37,199 nucleotides of DNA from a virus (taxonomy: Duplodnaviria; Caudoviricetes): IMG/VR virus record IMGVR_UViG_3300016659_000112, positions 1 to 37,199 of that record; one strand, given 5' to 3'. Within the stretch, counting starts at the first letter, position 1. Every line of letters starts with the position of its first letter. Shown piece after piece: positions 25,391 through 33,943 of the stretch. Position numbers and translations under genes: made by a program. The notes under the pieces were generated by a model. That model searched no databases, had not been told where the DNA came from, and saw nothing but the letters and a program-made list of their open reading frames with translations.

Positions 25391-25436
25391 ATCATCGGCG
25401 GTGTGTGTTTGGAGGACTTTTAATCGAGTTTAAAGA
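25391..25436 (-). promoter_or_regulatory. Putative activator-dependent late promoter 1, lysis (dyad 25417-25436; -10-like GATGAT)
   Basis: Exact copy CTTTTAATCGAGTTTAAAGA with the same 20-nt spacer; the hexamer forms the loop of an 11-bp inverted repeat at 25380-25407. Confidence 0.72.
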
Positions 25437-25541
25437 GATCTGACCATGGGTTGTGTTGTTGGTTGAAACTCATCTAACGTGATGCTTCGCTGTTTAAAAA
25501 ACTTCTGAAAAGGTAATGCCGCATGAATCGCGCAGACGTAA

Positions 25542-25985
25542 CTAATCTTGTTGTTTTTTTGAAGCTCCGTCAGGAGCAGCAATTGGAAATTCGAGTTTCT
25601 CAATCGCTTGCTGGATGTCTTGAGCTAGCTCGTCTTCGGTCGCTTGAGCGTGCCAATCTGCTAATGCTGACAGGCGATCTGGTCCAGCGTCTGCACCTTG
25701 GAGAGCTAACACTGAAAGTACCAGAGCTGGGTCCGCTCCAGACTCCGTAAGTGCCTTAGTGAATCGTAAAACATCCTCAACAACAGGGCCGCTGGGCGGA
25801 GAATCCATGTGATTGGCATAGGGAACCATACTCTCTAACAGCCTTTTAGTCCGTGCTGCTGACTCTGGACCCAGACCGCAGAGCAGTGTCGTCAAGGCAA
25901 CGACTACGTGGTTTAGCCCTCGAATCTCTAACTTAAGCATCTCCACGTCAGTGAGTAACTGGATAGTCTTTTCCGGACTCATCAT
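25542..25985 (-). CDS. Hypothetical protein, repressor-linked cargo 3
   Basis: 147-aa helical ORF co-oriented with the repressor operon; no recognisable motif. Confidence 0.65.
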   Translation of the reverse strand: MMSPEKTIQLLTDVEMLKLEIRGLNHVVVALTTLLCGLGPESAARTKRLLESMVPYANHMDSPPSGPVVEDVLRFTKALTESGADPALVLSVLALQGADAGPDRLSALADWHAQATEDELAQDIQQAIEKLEFPIAAPDGASKKQQD

Positions 25986-26059
25986 AGGGCTTGTCTCGTC
26001 TCTAAGATTGTTGGTCGCTCTTGTAGCAATCCAAACTTTCTAACACTCCGCGGAGCAGG

Positions 26060-26731
26060 TCAGTTGGTGCAATGCGAAGGCCGCGGTTTCTCAAGCGTTT
26101 CCTTCGTCTTGGCATCGTAGGTGAACACCTTCAAGCACTCTTTGCCGCCACCAAACTTTTTCCTCAGTTCCGTATCCAGTTCTGCGTCAGCCTTGGCAAC
26201 TGCAACAGGGTCAGCAGACTCCAGGCACTCGTCACGTGCTACCTGGTATGAATTCAAGGCATCTTTGATTGAGCCTGGAATCTTCTCGATACCGGCATTG
26301 CTTGCGGCGCTCACTTGGGACTGCCACCAGGATCTGGCATAGATGGCAGCGGAGTAGCATTGTCCGAGAGGTTCAAAGACAGACTTGCCGAACTTGGCCT
26401 GACCTGCGTCAGCCAACGTGTTGAAAGCACGGCTCTGAGCGCCAAGCTCTTGGAGCCGACCCTGCTTTAGGACGGCAGCGCTATCAGCCATAGCCTTGTC
26501 CAGGTCCGCAACATAGTGGGTCGCGCTCTGTAGGGCTCGCTCGCTCGCACTGGTGAAGGTAGTGCTTGCTTGTACAGGTTGAAGTTTTGAGTCTGCTGGG
26601 ATTGCCGTTGAGCCTGGATAGCTTTTTGATAAAAGGTACGACGCCAAGGCTATCAGTATGCAAAGAGCCGCAATGCTAACAACGATGATGTTGCGAGCTT
26701 TTTTTATAGTCTTTGGGGCGGGTGGGGTCAT
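26060..26731 (-). CDS. Single-pass membrane protein with Cys-containing extracytoplasmic domain, repressor-linked cargo 2
   Basis: AAGGAG RBS; basic N-terminus, TM segment IIVVSIAALCILIALASYLL and four Cys in the soluble part. Confidence 0.8.
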   Translation of the reverse strand: MTPPAPKTIKKARNIIVVSIAALCILIALASYLLSKSYPGSTAIPADSKLQPVQASTTFTSASERALQSATHYVADLDKAMADSAAVLKQGRLQELGAQSRAFNTLADAGQAKFGKSVFEPLGQCYSAAIYARSWWQSQVSAASNAGIEKIPGSIKDALNSYQVARDECLESADPVAVAKADAELDTELRKKFGGGKECLKVFTYDAKTKETLEKPRPSHCTN

Positions 26732-26776
26732 GGGTAACTCCTTGTAAAACTCAAAGAAAAAGTCACTAGAAAAACG

Positions 26777-27280
26777 TCACGAGGGCTTATTTTCAGTCCC
26801 TTGCAGCATAAAAAAAGCCAACAGTCCGGCAACCACGGAAATGCCAATTACCCATTTCTGGAACTCTTCAGGCAAGAATTTATAAAGAGAGAATCCACCT
26901 ATTGCTACCGCGACTGCTACTAAACAGACTTGCATCAGCCGCAGATTAACTTTCTGCCTGAGTTGCTCTGCAAGCTCATCAGCTTGAGTTTGGTCGTGAC
27001 GATGAAGATCATAGTCACAATGCATGCACAACTGATTCAGCCTCCAGGTGAACTTCTCACATTGAGGGCAAATCCTTGCTCTATCGCTATTCTTAGGCGG
27101 TGATTCCTTTTCAGACCTTATCTCAAACGTCTGATTGCCCAAATTGATATGGGTACTGTTGCCTCTGCCTTTTATCTTGATCCTTAGCTCATGATCTTTA
27201 CCGTCATCAGGCAGGTTTCCGATTGCCTTCGTAAGGCTAGCGGAAAGATCTTGAACCAGCTCATCGTCCTCAATATGCAC
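26777..27280 (-). CDS. Zinc-ribbon protein with two C-terminal TM helices, repressor-linked cargo 1
   Basis: CPQC...CMHC followed by two hydrophobic helices; purine-rich RBS and GTG start 18 bp after the repressor stop. Confidence 0.78.
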   Translation of the reverse strand: MHIEDDELVQDLSASLTKAIGNLPDDGKDHELRIKIKGRGNSTHINLGNQTFEIRSEKESPPKNSDRARICPQCEKFTWRLNQLCMHCDYDLHRHDQTQADELAEQLRQKVNLRLMQVCLVAVAVAIGGFSLYKFLPEEFQKWVIGISVVAGLLAFFMLQGTENKPS

Positions 27281-27298
27281 TCGGCTCTCTCCCTTCCA

Positions 27299-27748
27299 TC
27301 AGTGACTAACCACCAATTTGAGCACCCTTTCTACGTGAGAATTATCCAGATGCTTTTCTTGAGCCAAAAAGTTGTAGACCTCTGCTGTCTTCGAAACTAG
27401 CTGCCTCGCTGGCCAACGCTTACCTGCTTGTTTTGCTGCGGCCTCAAGCATTTCAGCAATCCTATTGAGCCGTTGGACATCTATCAAAGAGATAGTCGAT
27501 TCCGCGCTGTCTGGTGCAGTTTTTGGCGCCTTTCGTTTTTCTTCCCGCCTCCCGGTCAACACATAAAGCGCATCCATCCCAGCCTCTCCCCATTTGGCTA
27601 GAGATGATGCGTCTGGACTTGATCTACCTTGCTCCCAGCCTATTTGTGATCGCTTTGAGGCATCAACCAAAGCAGCAAAATCAGGTTGCGTGTAGCCCAG
27701 TCGTTCGCGCTCCGCTTTAAGGCGTTCGCCGAGTGTTTTATTTGGCAC
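27299..27748 (-). CDS. Prophage repressor (XRE-family HTH)
   Basis: LGERLKAERERLGYTQPDFAALVDASKRSQIGWEQGRSSPD; divergent from the Ner-like gene. Start placed at GTG 27748 after AAGGA. Confidence 0.88.
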   Translation of the reverse strand: MPNKTLGERLKAERERLGYTQPDFAALVDASKRSQIGWEQGRSSPDASSLAKWGEAGMDALYVLTGRREEKRKAPKTAPDSAESTISLIDVQRLNRIAEMLEAAAKQAGKRWPARQLVSKTAEVYNFLAQEKHLDNSHVERVLKLVVSH

Positions 27749-27786
27749 TTTATATCCTTGACAGGTGCAGTATTTGGCACCATTAT
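27733..27786 (+). promoter_or_regulatory. Early promoter (TTGACA 27758-27763, 17 bp, CATTAT 27781-27786) with two candidate 16-bp operators
   Basis: Consensus -35 with ideal spacing; GTGTTTTATTTGGCAC (27733-27748) and GTGCAGTATTTGGCAC (27765-27780) share TATTTGGCAC. Confidence 0.75.
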
Positions 27787-27846
27787 TCACCACAAATAAC
27801 AACGCATCACCACCCAAGGCCACAATTTACCACACAGGAGGGCGCC

Positions 27847-28101
27847 ATGAACGGCACCACAACTGCACTCGACTCGGCGTCACTGCCGTACCCGCAGACC
27901 CCCGCAACCGCTAATGCTTGGTTTGTCAGTCATGGTATTTGCAAAGCGCGCTGGGCGAGAGCCAAAGGCTTTGATCGGATGACCGTCATCGACCTGTTGC
28001 GTGGACGACTGAAAGGTCTACGTGGTGAGGCTCACCACGCAGCTGTTGCCTTGGGGTTGAAAGCCAAGCCAGAAAACGCTCATTCAGCCGTTGCCGCGTA
28101 A
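27847..28101 (+). CDS. Ner/Cro-like DNA-binding protein (BcepMu gp16-like)
   Basis: WARAKGFDRMTVIDLLRGRLKGLRGEAHHAAVALGLK; AGGAGG RBS; first early gene. Confidence 0.85.
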   Translation: MNGTTTALDSASLPYPQTPATANAWFVSHGICKARWARAKGFDRMTVIDLLRGRLKGLRGEAHHAAVALGLKAKPENAHSAVAA

Positions 28102-28113
28102 CCGGAGTTTCTT

Positions 28114-28416
28114 ATGACTCAAACCATTTCCGCTGCCGCCCGAGTACTGCGTGTGCTCAAGGCTCTGAAAGGCCACACCGTCACAGGCCTAAGTAACACC
28201 GAGCTGGCTCACCTCACCCAGGACAGTCCGAGCAACATCACTCGCGCTATGCAAACCCTGATTGAGGAAGGCATGGCCGTGAAGTTGGACAACGGACGCT
28301 TTGCTCACTCGATTGGCTTGCTGCAAATCGCACAGGCCCACGCCGAACATATGTCGCGCTTGACCCACCGTATGCAGGAAATCAATCAGCGTATCGCCGC
28401 TGGCTCGATGAACTAA
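28114..28416 (+). CDS. IclR-type HTH DNA-binding protein
   Basis: AARVLRVLKAL..GLSNTELAHLTQDSPSNITRAMQTLIEEG. Confidence 0.85.
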   Translation: MTQTISAAARVLRVLKALKGHTVTGLSNTELAHLTQDSPSNITRAMQTLIEEGMAVKLDNGRFAHSIGLLQIAQAHAEHMSRLTHRMQEINQRIAAGSMN

Positions 28417-28426
28417 GGAGAACACC

Positions 28427-29371
28427 ATGGCACGTACCAAAATTCCAGCGGCTGAAGCTTTTGAACTACCGGAGTTAAACGGCGAGATGCTGACAGCCAA
28501 TCAGAATGTGATGGCGACAATACAGTCCTCACACAGCGAAGAGCGGGACCTGGTGAATCAGATGCTCGGTCAGATTCAGATGAGTCGGGCAATCTCTAAA
28601 TTTACCGACGTCGTGAGTTTGCAAAAGTTAAAGAACATCAAGGAAACCAAGATGTACCGGGCGCTTTCCGGGCAAAAAGGGTTTGACCGGGAGGGTAATG
28701 AAATTGCCGACGTCGGGACTTTTGATGGTTTTTGCCGAGCACTTGGCACCAGTGCTAGTAAGGTCGATGAAGATCTAAAAAATCTCGACGTGTTCGGTGA
28801 AGAGGCTCTTCAACAGCTTGCCCAGATTGGGGCCGGATATCGTGATCTGCGTAAATACCGGCGCCTACCTGAGGGTGAGCAAGCTGCCCTAATCGAAGTC
28901 GCCAAGGCCGGTGACAAGGACGCCTTCCTTGACTTGGCCGAAGAGATTATCTCCAGGCATGCCAAAGAAAAAACGGAACTGACCCAGCGCCTCGACGAAG
29001 TTAATGCTGACTACGAAGCTCAGGGCGAGGTTATGGCAAAGCGCTCCGGCGAATTGGACCAGACCAAAATGGAACTGGAGAAAGCCCGCAAACGCATCCA
29101 GTCCGCGACACCTGATGACGTGATCAAAGACCTACGCAGTGAAGTGACGGCTCTGAGCTTTGAGATCGAATCGAAGGTAATGGGGGCGCTGCGTGAGGGC
29201 TTCACGCAGATGGCAGAGCATGCCAGCGAAACCGGTCAGGATCATCGTGAATTCCAAGCGGACTTGATCCGTCAACTGGAAACCACTCTGGCAACAGTGC
29301 GCAGTGAGTTCCATTTGCCCGCATCTCTGGTTAATAGCGCACCGATCTGGATGAACACGGAAGAGGCCTGA
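28427..29371 (+). CDS. Early phage protein with HTH-like middle and C-terminal coiled coil
   Basis: AAGGAG RBS; TFDGFCRALGTS motif and long heptad region; directly upstream of the transposase. Confidence 0.75.
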   Translation: MARTKIPAAEAFELPELNGEMLTANQNVMATIQSSHSEERDLVNQMLGQIQMSRAISKFTDVVSLQKLKNIKETKMYRALSGQKGFDREGNEIADVGTFDGFCRALGTSASKVDEDLKNLDVFGEEALQQLAQIGAGYRDLRKYRRLPEGEQAALIEVAKAGDKDAFLDLAEEIISRHAKEKTELTQRLDEVNADYEAQGEVMAKRSGELDQTKMELEKARKRIQSATPDDVIKDLRSEVTALSFEIESKVMGALREGFTQMAEHASETGQDHREFQADLIRQLETTLATVRSEFHLPASLVNSAPIWMNTEEA

Positions 29372-29373
29372 AC

Positions 29374-31146
29374 ATGAACCCGGTTCAGGCTCAGCTCCTG
29401 GCTAAGATCGCCCAACAGGCAGCCAGTGCCCCGCACGGTCAGCGTACCGCCATCTATAAGGCCGGGGCTGCTGAGCTGGGCATTTCACTCCAAACCCTAC
29501 AGCGCAAGCTGAAGGAGGTCTCAGTGACCAAACCTCGTAAACGCCGCAGTGATGCAGGCTGCAGTGCATTACCCCTGAAAGAAGCACAACTCATCTCAGC
29601 GGTGCTGCTGGAATCGATCCGTGCCAACAGCAAGCAGTTGTCCACCATTGAGCGGGCTGTCGAGCGCCTGCGCAGCAACAATATGATCCTCGCCGGTCGT
29701 GTCGATGAAGTCACGGGCGTGTTTCAACCGTTGAGCCATGGAGCAATCAGCCGCGCCTTGCGCAGCTACAAGCTGCATCCTGAACAGTTACTGCACGATG
29801 CACCGGCAGTGTCGCTTGCCAGCAAACACCCGAACCATGTGTGGCAGGTCGATGCCTCAATCTCAACACAATTCTACCTCGCCGATGACGGTGCTCGGGT
29901 GATGAACAAGGCTGAGTTCTATGACGGTAAACCTGCCAACCTGAAGAAGATCGAGCGCCAACGCCTGTGGCGTTACGTCATCACCGATCACACCAGCGGT
30001 ACCGTGTACCTGGAGTATGTATTGGGCGCAGAGTCCGCTGAGAATCTGTGCACAGTCTTGATCAATGCGATGCAGAAGCGCCACGAGTCCGACCCATTCC
30101 ACGGCGTGCCGTGGATGCTGATGACTGACCCTGGTGCAGCCATGACCAGTGGGATCTTTCGCAACCTATGCCGCGCCATGTCCATTGACCTGATCATCAA
30201 CAAGGTCGGTAACGCACGGGCTAAAGGTCAAGTTGAGCAGGCGCACAACATTGTTGAACGCGAGTTTGAGAGTGCGTTGAAGTTTCAGGCTGCCGAAAGT
30301 CTGGAGCAGATCAACGCGTGGGCAGGTCAGTGGATGCGTTACTACAACGCCACCTCTATCCATACCCGCACTCGGCGTACCCGGTTTGGGGTGTGGCAGT
30401 TGATCACATCCGAACAACTGCGTTTGGCACCCGCTATTGAGATCTGCCGTGAGCTGGCAATCAGCACGCCGGAAGAGCGCAAGGTCAGCAATCTGCTGCA
30501 AGTGTCTTTCCGGGGCGCACAGTTTGATGTGAGTTCGGTGCCGAGTGTGATGGTCGGCGAAAAGCTGTTGATTACCCGTAACTGCTGGCGCGACAAAGAT
30601 TCCGCCACCGTGGTGTTGATGGGTGATGACGGACGCGAGAAATACCACGTTGTTGAGCGCATTGAAAAGGGCGAGTTCGGCTTTGCCGGAACCTCAGCAA
30701 TCATTGGCGACGAGTACAAACGTCACGCTGAAACACCTGCACAGGTCTCACGCAAGGTCCTGGAACAGCTCGCTACTGGCACCACAAACCAGGCGGACGC
30801 CGAAGCAGCACGAAAGGCCAAAACCGTGCCGTTCGGTGGCTTGATCGATCCGCACAAGCATGTGACCGACACCTTGCTCCCGGCCTACCTGCCACGTCGC
30901 GGCACATCGCTGAACGTCAACGCGCCGACTGTCGAGCACGCACTGCTGACGCACGTCGAGGCCGCAAAGCTGCTACGTCCACGCATGCCTGACATCTGGT
31001 CGGCTGACACCTTTAGCTGGCTGCAGCAGCACTACCCGGACGGTATCGCCCAGGAGCAATTGGACGCCATCGAGACCGAGTTGAAACGACCTGCTGAGGT
31101 TGTACGCAAACCACTCAGCCTGGTGGCTGTGGCTGGAGGTAACTGA
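29374..31146 (+). CDS. DDE transposase (MuA functional equivalent)
   Basis: N-terminal HTH and RKRRSDAG; candidate catalytic VWQVD, LMTDPG and AKGQVE. Confidence 0.93.
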   Translation: MNPVQAQLLAKIAQQAASAPHGQRTAIYKAGAAELGISLQTLQRKLKEVSVTKPRKRRSDAGCSALPLKEAQLISAVLLESIRANSKQLSTIERAVERLRSNNMILAGRVDEVTGVFQPLSHGAISRALRSYKLHPEQLLHDAPAVSLASKHPNHVWQVDASISTQFYLADDGARVMNKAEFYDGKPANLKKIERQRLWRYVITDHTSGTVYLEYVLGAESAENLCTVLINAMQKRHESDPFHGVPWMLMTDPGAAMTSGIFRNLCRAMSIDLIINKVGNARAKGQVEQAHNIVEREFESALKFQAAESLEQINAWAGQWMRYYNATSIHTRTRRTRFGVWQLITSEQLRLAPAIEICRELAISTPEERKVSNLLQVSFRGAQFDVSSVPSVMVGEKLLITRNCWRDKDSATVVLMGDDGREKYHVVERIEKGEFGFAGTSAIIGDEYKRHAETPAQVSRKVLEQLATGTTNQADAEAARKAKTVPFGGLIDPHKHVTDTLLPAYLPRRGTSLNVNAPTVEHALLTHVEAAKLLRPRMPDIWSADTFSWLQQHYPDGIAQEQLDAIETELKRPAEVVRKPLSLVAVAGGN

Positions 31147-32327
31147 TGTTGAAGCTCAAGCATGTATTGCAAGGCGTAGGGCGACCTCAATCAGCCCTGG
31201 CGGAGTCACTGAGTCTCAGCAGCGCCGCTGTAGCTCAGTTGCTGAATCACGGTCAGTGGCCGCGCAGCCTGGATTGCGAAGAACTGCAGGGGCGCATTCG
31301 TGTGTTCCTGACCGAGGCTGGCGCTAACGATGCCGATATCGCTAACGCCTTTGAAGAAGTGGATCTGCCGTGTTCGAGCACGGCAGATCCGGCCCAAGTG
31401 AATGAGCCGTCCGGGGAGGACGAATCTATGTTACTGCCAAAACAAACGTTACAGCCATCAACCCGTAAGGTTTTCAGCTTGTTCCGTGATCCCTTTGAGG
31501 AGCTGCAGAGCGCCCAGGACATGTGGATCAGTCCTGATATTCGTTACGTTCGCGAGACGATGTATCAGACAGCACGCCATGGTGGTTTCTTGGCGGTGGT
31601 GGGTGAATCGGGTGCGGGCAAAAGCACTCTGCGCCGGGATCTGATCAACCGCATCATGGATGCCAACGATCCTGTGATTGTCATCGAACCGTATGTATTG
31701 GCGTCCGAAGACAACGACACCAAGGGTAAATCGCTGAAGAGCACCCACATCGCTGAATCAATGATGGCCGCAGTCGCGCCACTGGCGAAGCCCAAAAGCA
31801 GCCCTGAAGCCCGTTTCGCACAGTTGCACAAGGCCTTGAAGGAGTCCCATGCAGCAGGCTACCGGCACTGCCTATTAATAGAAGAAGCACACAGCCTGCC
31901 GATTCCGACCTTGAAGCATCTCAAGCGCATCCTGGAGTTGGAGGTCGGCTTCGTCAAACTGGTCAGCATCATCATGATCGGCCAGCCAGAGCTTGACGTG
32001 AAGCTGAGTGAGCGTAACGCCGATGTGCGTGAGGTGGTGCAACGCTGTGAGCGTGTCAGCCTGGGCCCTGTCAGTGCAAACCTGCTCAAGGACTTTCTGA
32101 CCTTTCGCTTCAGCCGTGCGGGAAAGCAGCTCTCCGACGTGATCGATGACAGTGGCATTGAGGCAATTGCTGCGCGCCTTTCCCAGCCGAGTCGCCGTGG
32201 CGGTCGCGAAGAAACGGTGTCGATGCTGTACCCGCTTGCCATCGGCAACTTGGTGAATGCCGCACTCAACATGGCAGCCGATATCGGTGCGCCGCTCGTC
32301 AACGCTGATGTTGTGAAGGGGGTGTGA
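31146..32327 (+). CDS. Transposition AAA+ ATPase (MuB functional equivalent, ExeA-like) with N-terminal HTH
   Basis: Walker A GESGAGKS, Walker B LLIEEAH and IGQPEL; coupled to the transposase by TGATG. Confidence 0.92.
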   Translation: MLKLKHVLQGVGRPQSALAESLSLSSAAVAQLLNHGQWPRSLDCEELQGRIRVFLTEAGANDADIANAFEEVDLPCSSTADPAQVNEPSGEDESMLLPKQTLQPSTRKVFSLFRDPFEELQSAQDMWISPDIRYVRETMYQTARHGGFLAVVGESGAGKSTLRRDLINRIMDANDPVIVIEPYVLASEDNDTKGKSLKSTHIAESMMAAVAPLAKPKSSPEARFAQLHKALKESHAAGYRHCLLIEEAHSLPIPTLKHLKRILELEVGFVKLVSIIMIGQPELDVKLSERNADVREVVQRCERVSLGPVSANLLKDFLTFRFSRAGKQLSDVIDDSGIEAIAARLSQPSRRGGREETVSMLYPLAIGNLVNAALNMAADIGAPLVNADVVKGV

Positions 32328-32328
32328 G

Positions 32329-32646
32329 ATGGCTGCTCTGTATTTAGTAAGCGCGCCATCGGTTCCTAGGTTCAGCATTCTGGCTGAGGAGTTCCCGGTG
32401 AAGTTGTCGGCTTTCAATGAATTGACCCGTGATATCCGCAACGCCGCTATCGGTATCAAGCACCTGGTGTTGCTGGACAACAAAATTTTCATTGAGCAGT
32501 GCTGTGTTGAGCTGTTTTTGCGGCGCTTTGGGCACGAACTACGTGGGTTGCGTTACACGGTTGCAGGACGTTTTACGCGAAACACCGTGACGGTGCGGGG
32601 TGTTGATGTGGCTTGGTACTCCCTGGTGAAGGAGCAAGATCAATGA
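32329..32646 (+). CDS. Hypothetical early protein
   Basis: 105-aa ORF tightly packed in the early operon. Confidence 0.7.
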   Translation: MAALYLVSAPSVPRFSILAEEFPVKLSAFNELTRDIRNAAIGIKHLVLLDNKIFIEQCCVELFLRRFGHELRGLRYTVAGRFTRNTVTVRGVDVAWYSLVKEQDQ

Positions 32647-33110
32647 ATATGCCTACTGAGATCAACAACCACCTGCTCGCCTGGATCGTCGACCAGTTAT
32701 TCGATGGCGTGCATGACGATGAAAGCCTGATTCGTGACATCTACCGTCTGATCGCTGCTGACCAAGCTGCATTTAGCACGACGGCCTATGCACTCGGAGC
32801 GCCAGCATCGCTGCAAAGCGTACTGGCAGAACGCATCCGTCAGATCCAGGTGGAATGCTTCTACCCGGAACAAGATGACGAGCTTTCCGATGAATCGCTT
32901 GCACAGGCAGCAGCCTGCTATGCCATGCCGCAGAACTTGATGGATTGGTTCGCGCTGAACGACATCAGCCTTTGGCCATGGGACGCAACGCATTGGAAGC
33001 CTACTGACCGGCGCACGAATCTGGTCAAGGCAGGCGCCCTGATCCTGGCCGAAATTGATCGTCTCGACCGCGCACCAACACCTTCCGACGAGGAGCAAAC
33101 CAATGTCTGA
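32643..33110 (+). CDS. Conserved phage hypothetical protein
   Basis: VLAERIRQ..AACYA..WPW..WKP..RRTNLVKAGALILAEIDRLDR, a domain common in phage early regions; AAGGAG RBS. Confidence 0.8.
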   Translation: MNMPTEINNHLLAWIVDQLFDGVHDDESLIRDIYRLIAADQAAFSTTAYALGAPASLQSVLAERIRQIQVECFYPEQDDELSDESLAQAAACYAMPQNLMDWFALNDISLWPWDATHWKPTDRRTNLVKAGALILAEIDRLDRAPTPSDEEQTNV

Positions 33111-33720
33111 CAACAAAACTTTAGACGGCTTCGTCCGCAATGCAGCTGGCCACCTGGTTCCTATCGACCAGGTACGTGAGCAGGACAAACTGCGCGACCA
33201 GGTCGCCCGCGAACTGGCTGAAGCTGCGAAGGCATTGAACCTAGCGCTGAAGAACTTCAAGCAAAAATCGCTCGGTGACGTGGCCGATCTGATCAGTATT
33301 GCCGGTGAGCGCTACGGCGTTCAGATGGGCGGCAAGAAAGGTAACGTGACCATCGCGACCTACGACGGCCAGTTCAAAGTGCAGCGTTCATATGCCGACC
33401 GGCTTACGTTCACCGAGGAAATGGAAGTGGCGAAGGTCTTGGTCTACGACTGCATTCGGGCCTGGAGCAAGGGCGCGGACGGCCATTTGCTGGCTATCGT
33501 CGACAGGACTTTTAGCCCAAATCGTAACGGCCAGATCAAGACCTCTGATGTGCTCGACCTGCTGCGTCTGGAAATCAACGACGACAACTGGAAGGCGGCG
33601 ATGCAGGCGGTAAAGGATTCGATCCTGGTCACGGGTAGTGCCGTTTACATACGCGTTTATGAGCGGATCGGCGACTCCGACACCTATAAAGCGATCCCTC
33701 TCGACCTAGCGGTGGTGTGA
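33103..33720 (+). CDS. DUF3164-family Mu-like phage protein
   Basis: NAAGHLVP..DKLRD..GGKKGNVTIATYDG..YIRVYER..IPLDLA. Confidence 0.85.
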   Translation: MSDNKTLDGFVRNAAGHLVPIDQVREQDKLRDQVARELAEAAKALNLALKNFKQKSLGDVADLISIAGERYGVQMGGKKGNVTIATYDGQFKVQRSYADRLTFTEEMEVAKVLVYDCIRAWSKGADGHLLAIVDRTFSPNRNGQIKTSDVLDLLRLEINDDNWKAAMQAVKDSILVTGSAVYIRVYERIGDSDTYKAIPLDLAVV

Positions 33721-33721
33721 T

Positions 33722-33943
33722 ATGGGCCTCTTAACTTCGCTGCAATGGCCCAAGACGACTCTGTTTCAGCTACTTGAAGATGCTGAGACCAGTGCCGACG
33801 AAACCTTTGACGTAGTCCACCTGGCGCTGGAGTCGGGCCAAAGCTTTGTAATCGCGGTGATTCACGGCGATCCAGACCACGTCGATGGCGTTGCGGAAAA
33901 GCTTGAAAAGCTTAAGCACCAATGGTTGGAGGAATCGACATGA
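33722..33943 (+). CDS. Hypothetical acidic early protein
   Basis: 73-aa ORF packed between its neighbours with ATGA overlap. Confidence 0.6.
   Translation: MGLLTSLQWPKTTLFQLLEDAETSADETFDVVHLALESGQSFVIAVIHGDPDHVDGVAEKLEKLKHQWLEEST

Noticed and set aside
4468-25436. 20-bp repeats as a CRISPR array or as dif/Xer sites
   Set aside because: Copies are 6.5-7.6 kb apart with no spacer array or cas genes, and there is no match to the XerD arm TTATGTTAAAT. The fixed spacing to -10-like hexamers fits promoters better.
25523-25750. 75-aa + strand ORF
   Set aside because: Overlaps the longer minus-strand gene that fits the repressor operon; no supporting RBS or motif.
31146-32327. ExeA-like ATPase as part of a type II secretion system
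   Set aside because: Translationally coupled to the DDE transposase and no secretion genes nearby; it is the MuB/TnsC-type partner.
29374-32327. CRISPR-associated or Tn7-like transposon
   Set aside because: No TniQ/TnsD, cas genes or array; the transposase pair sits within a full phage gene set.
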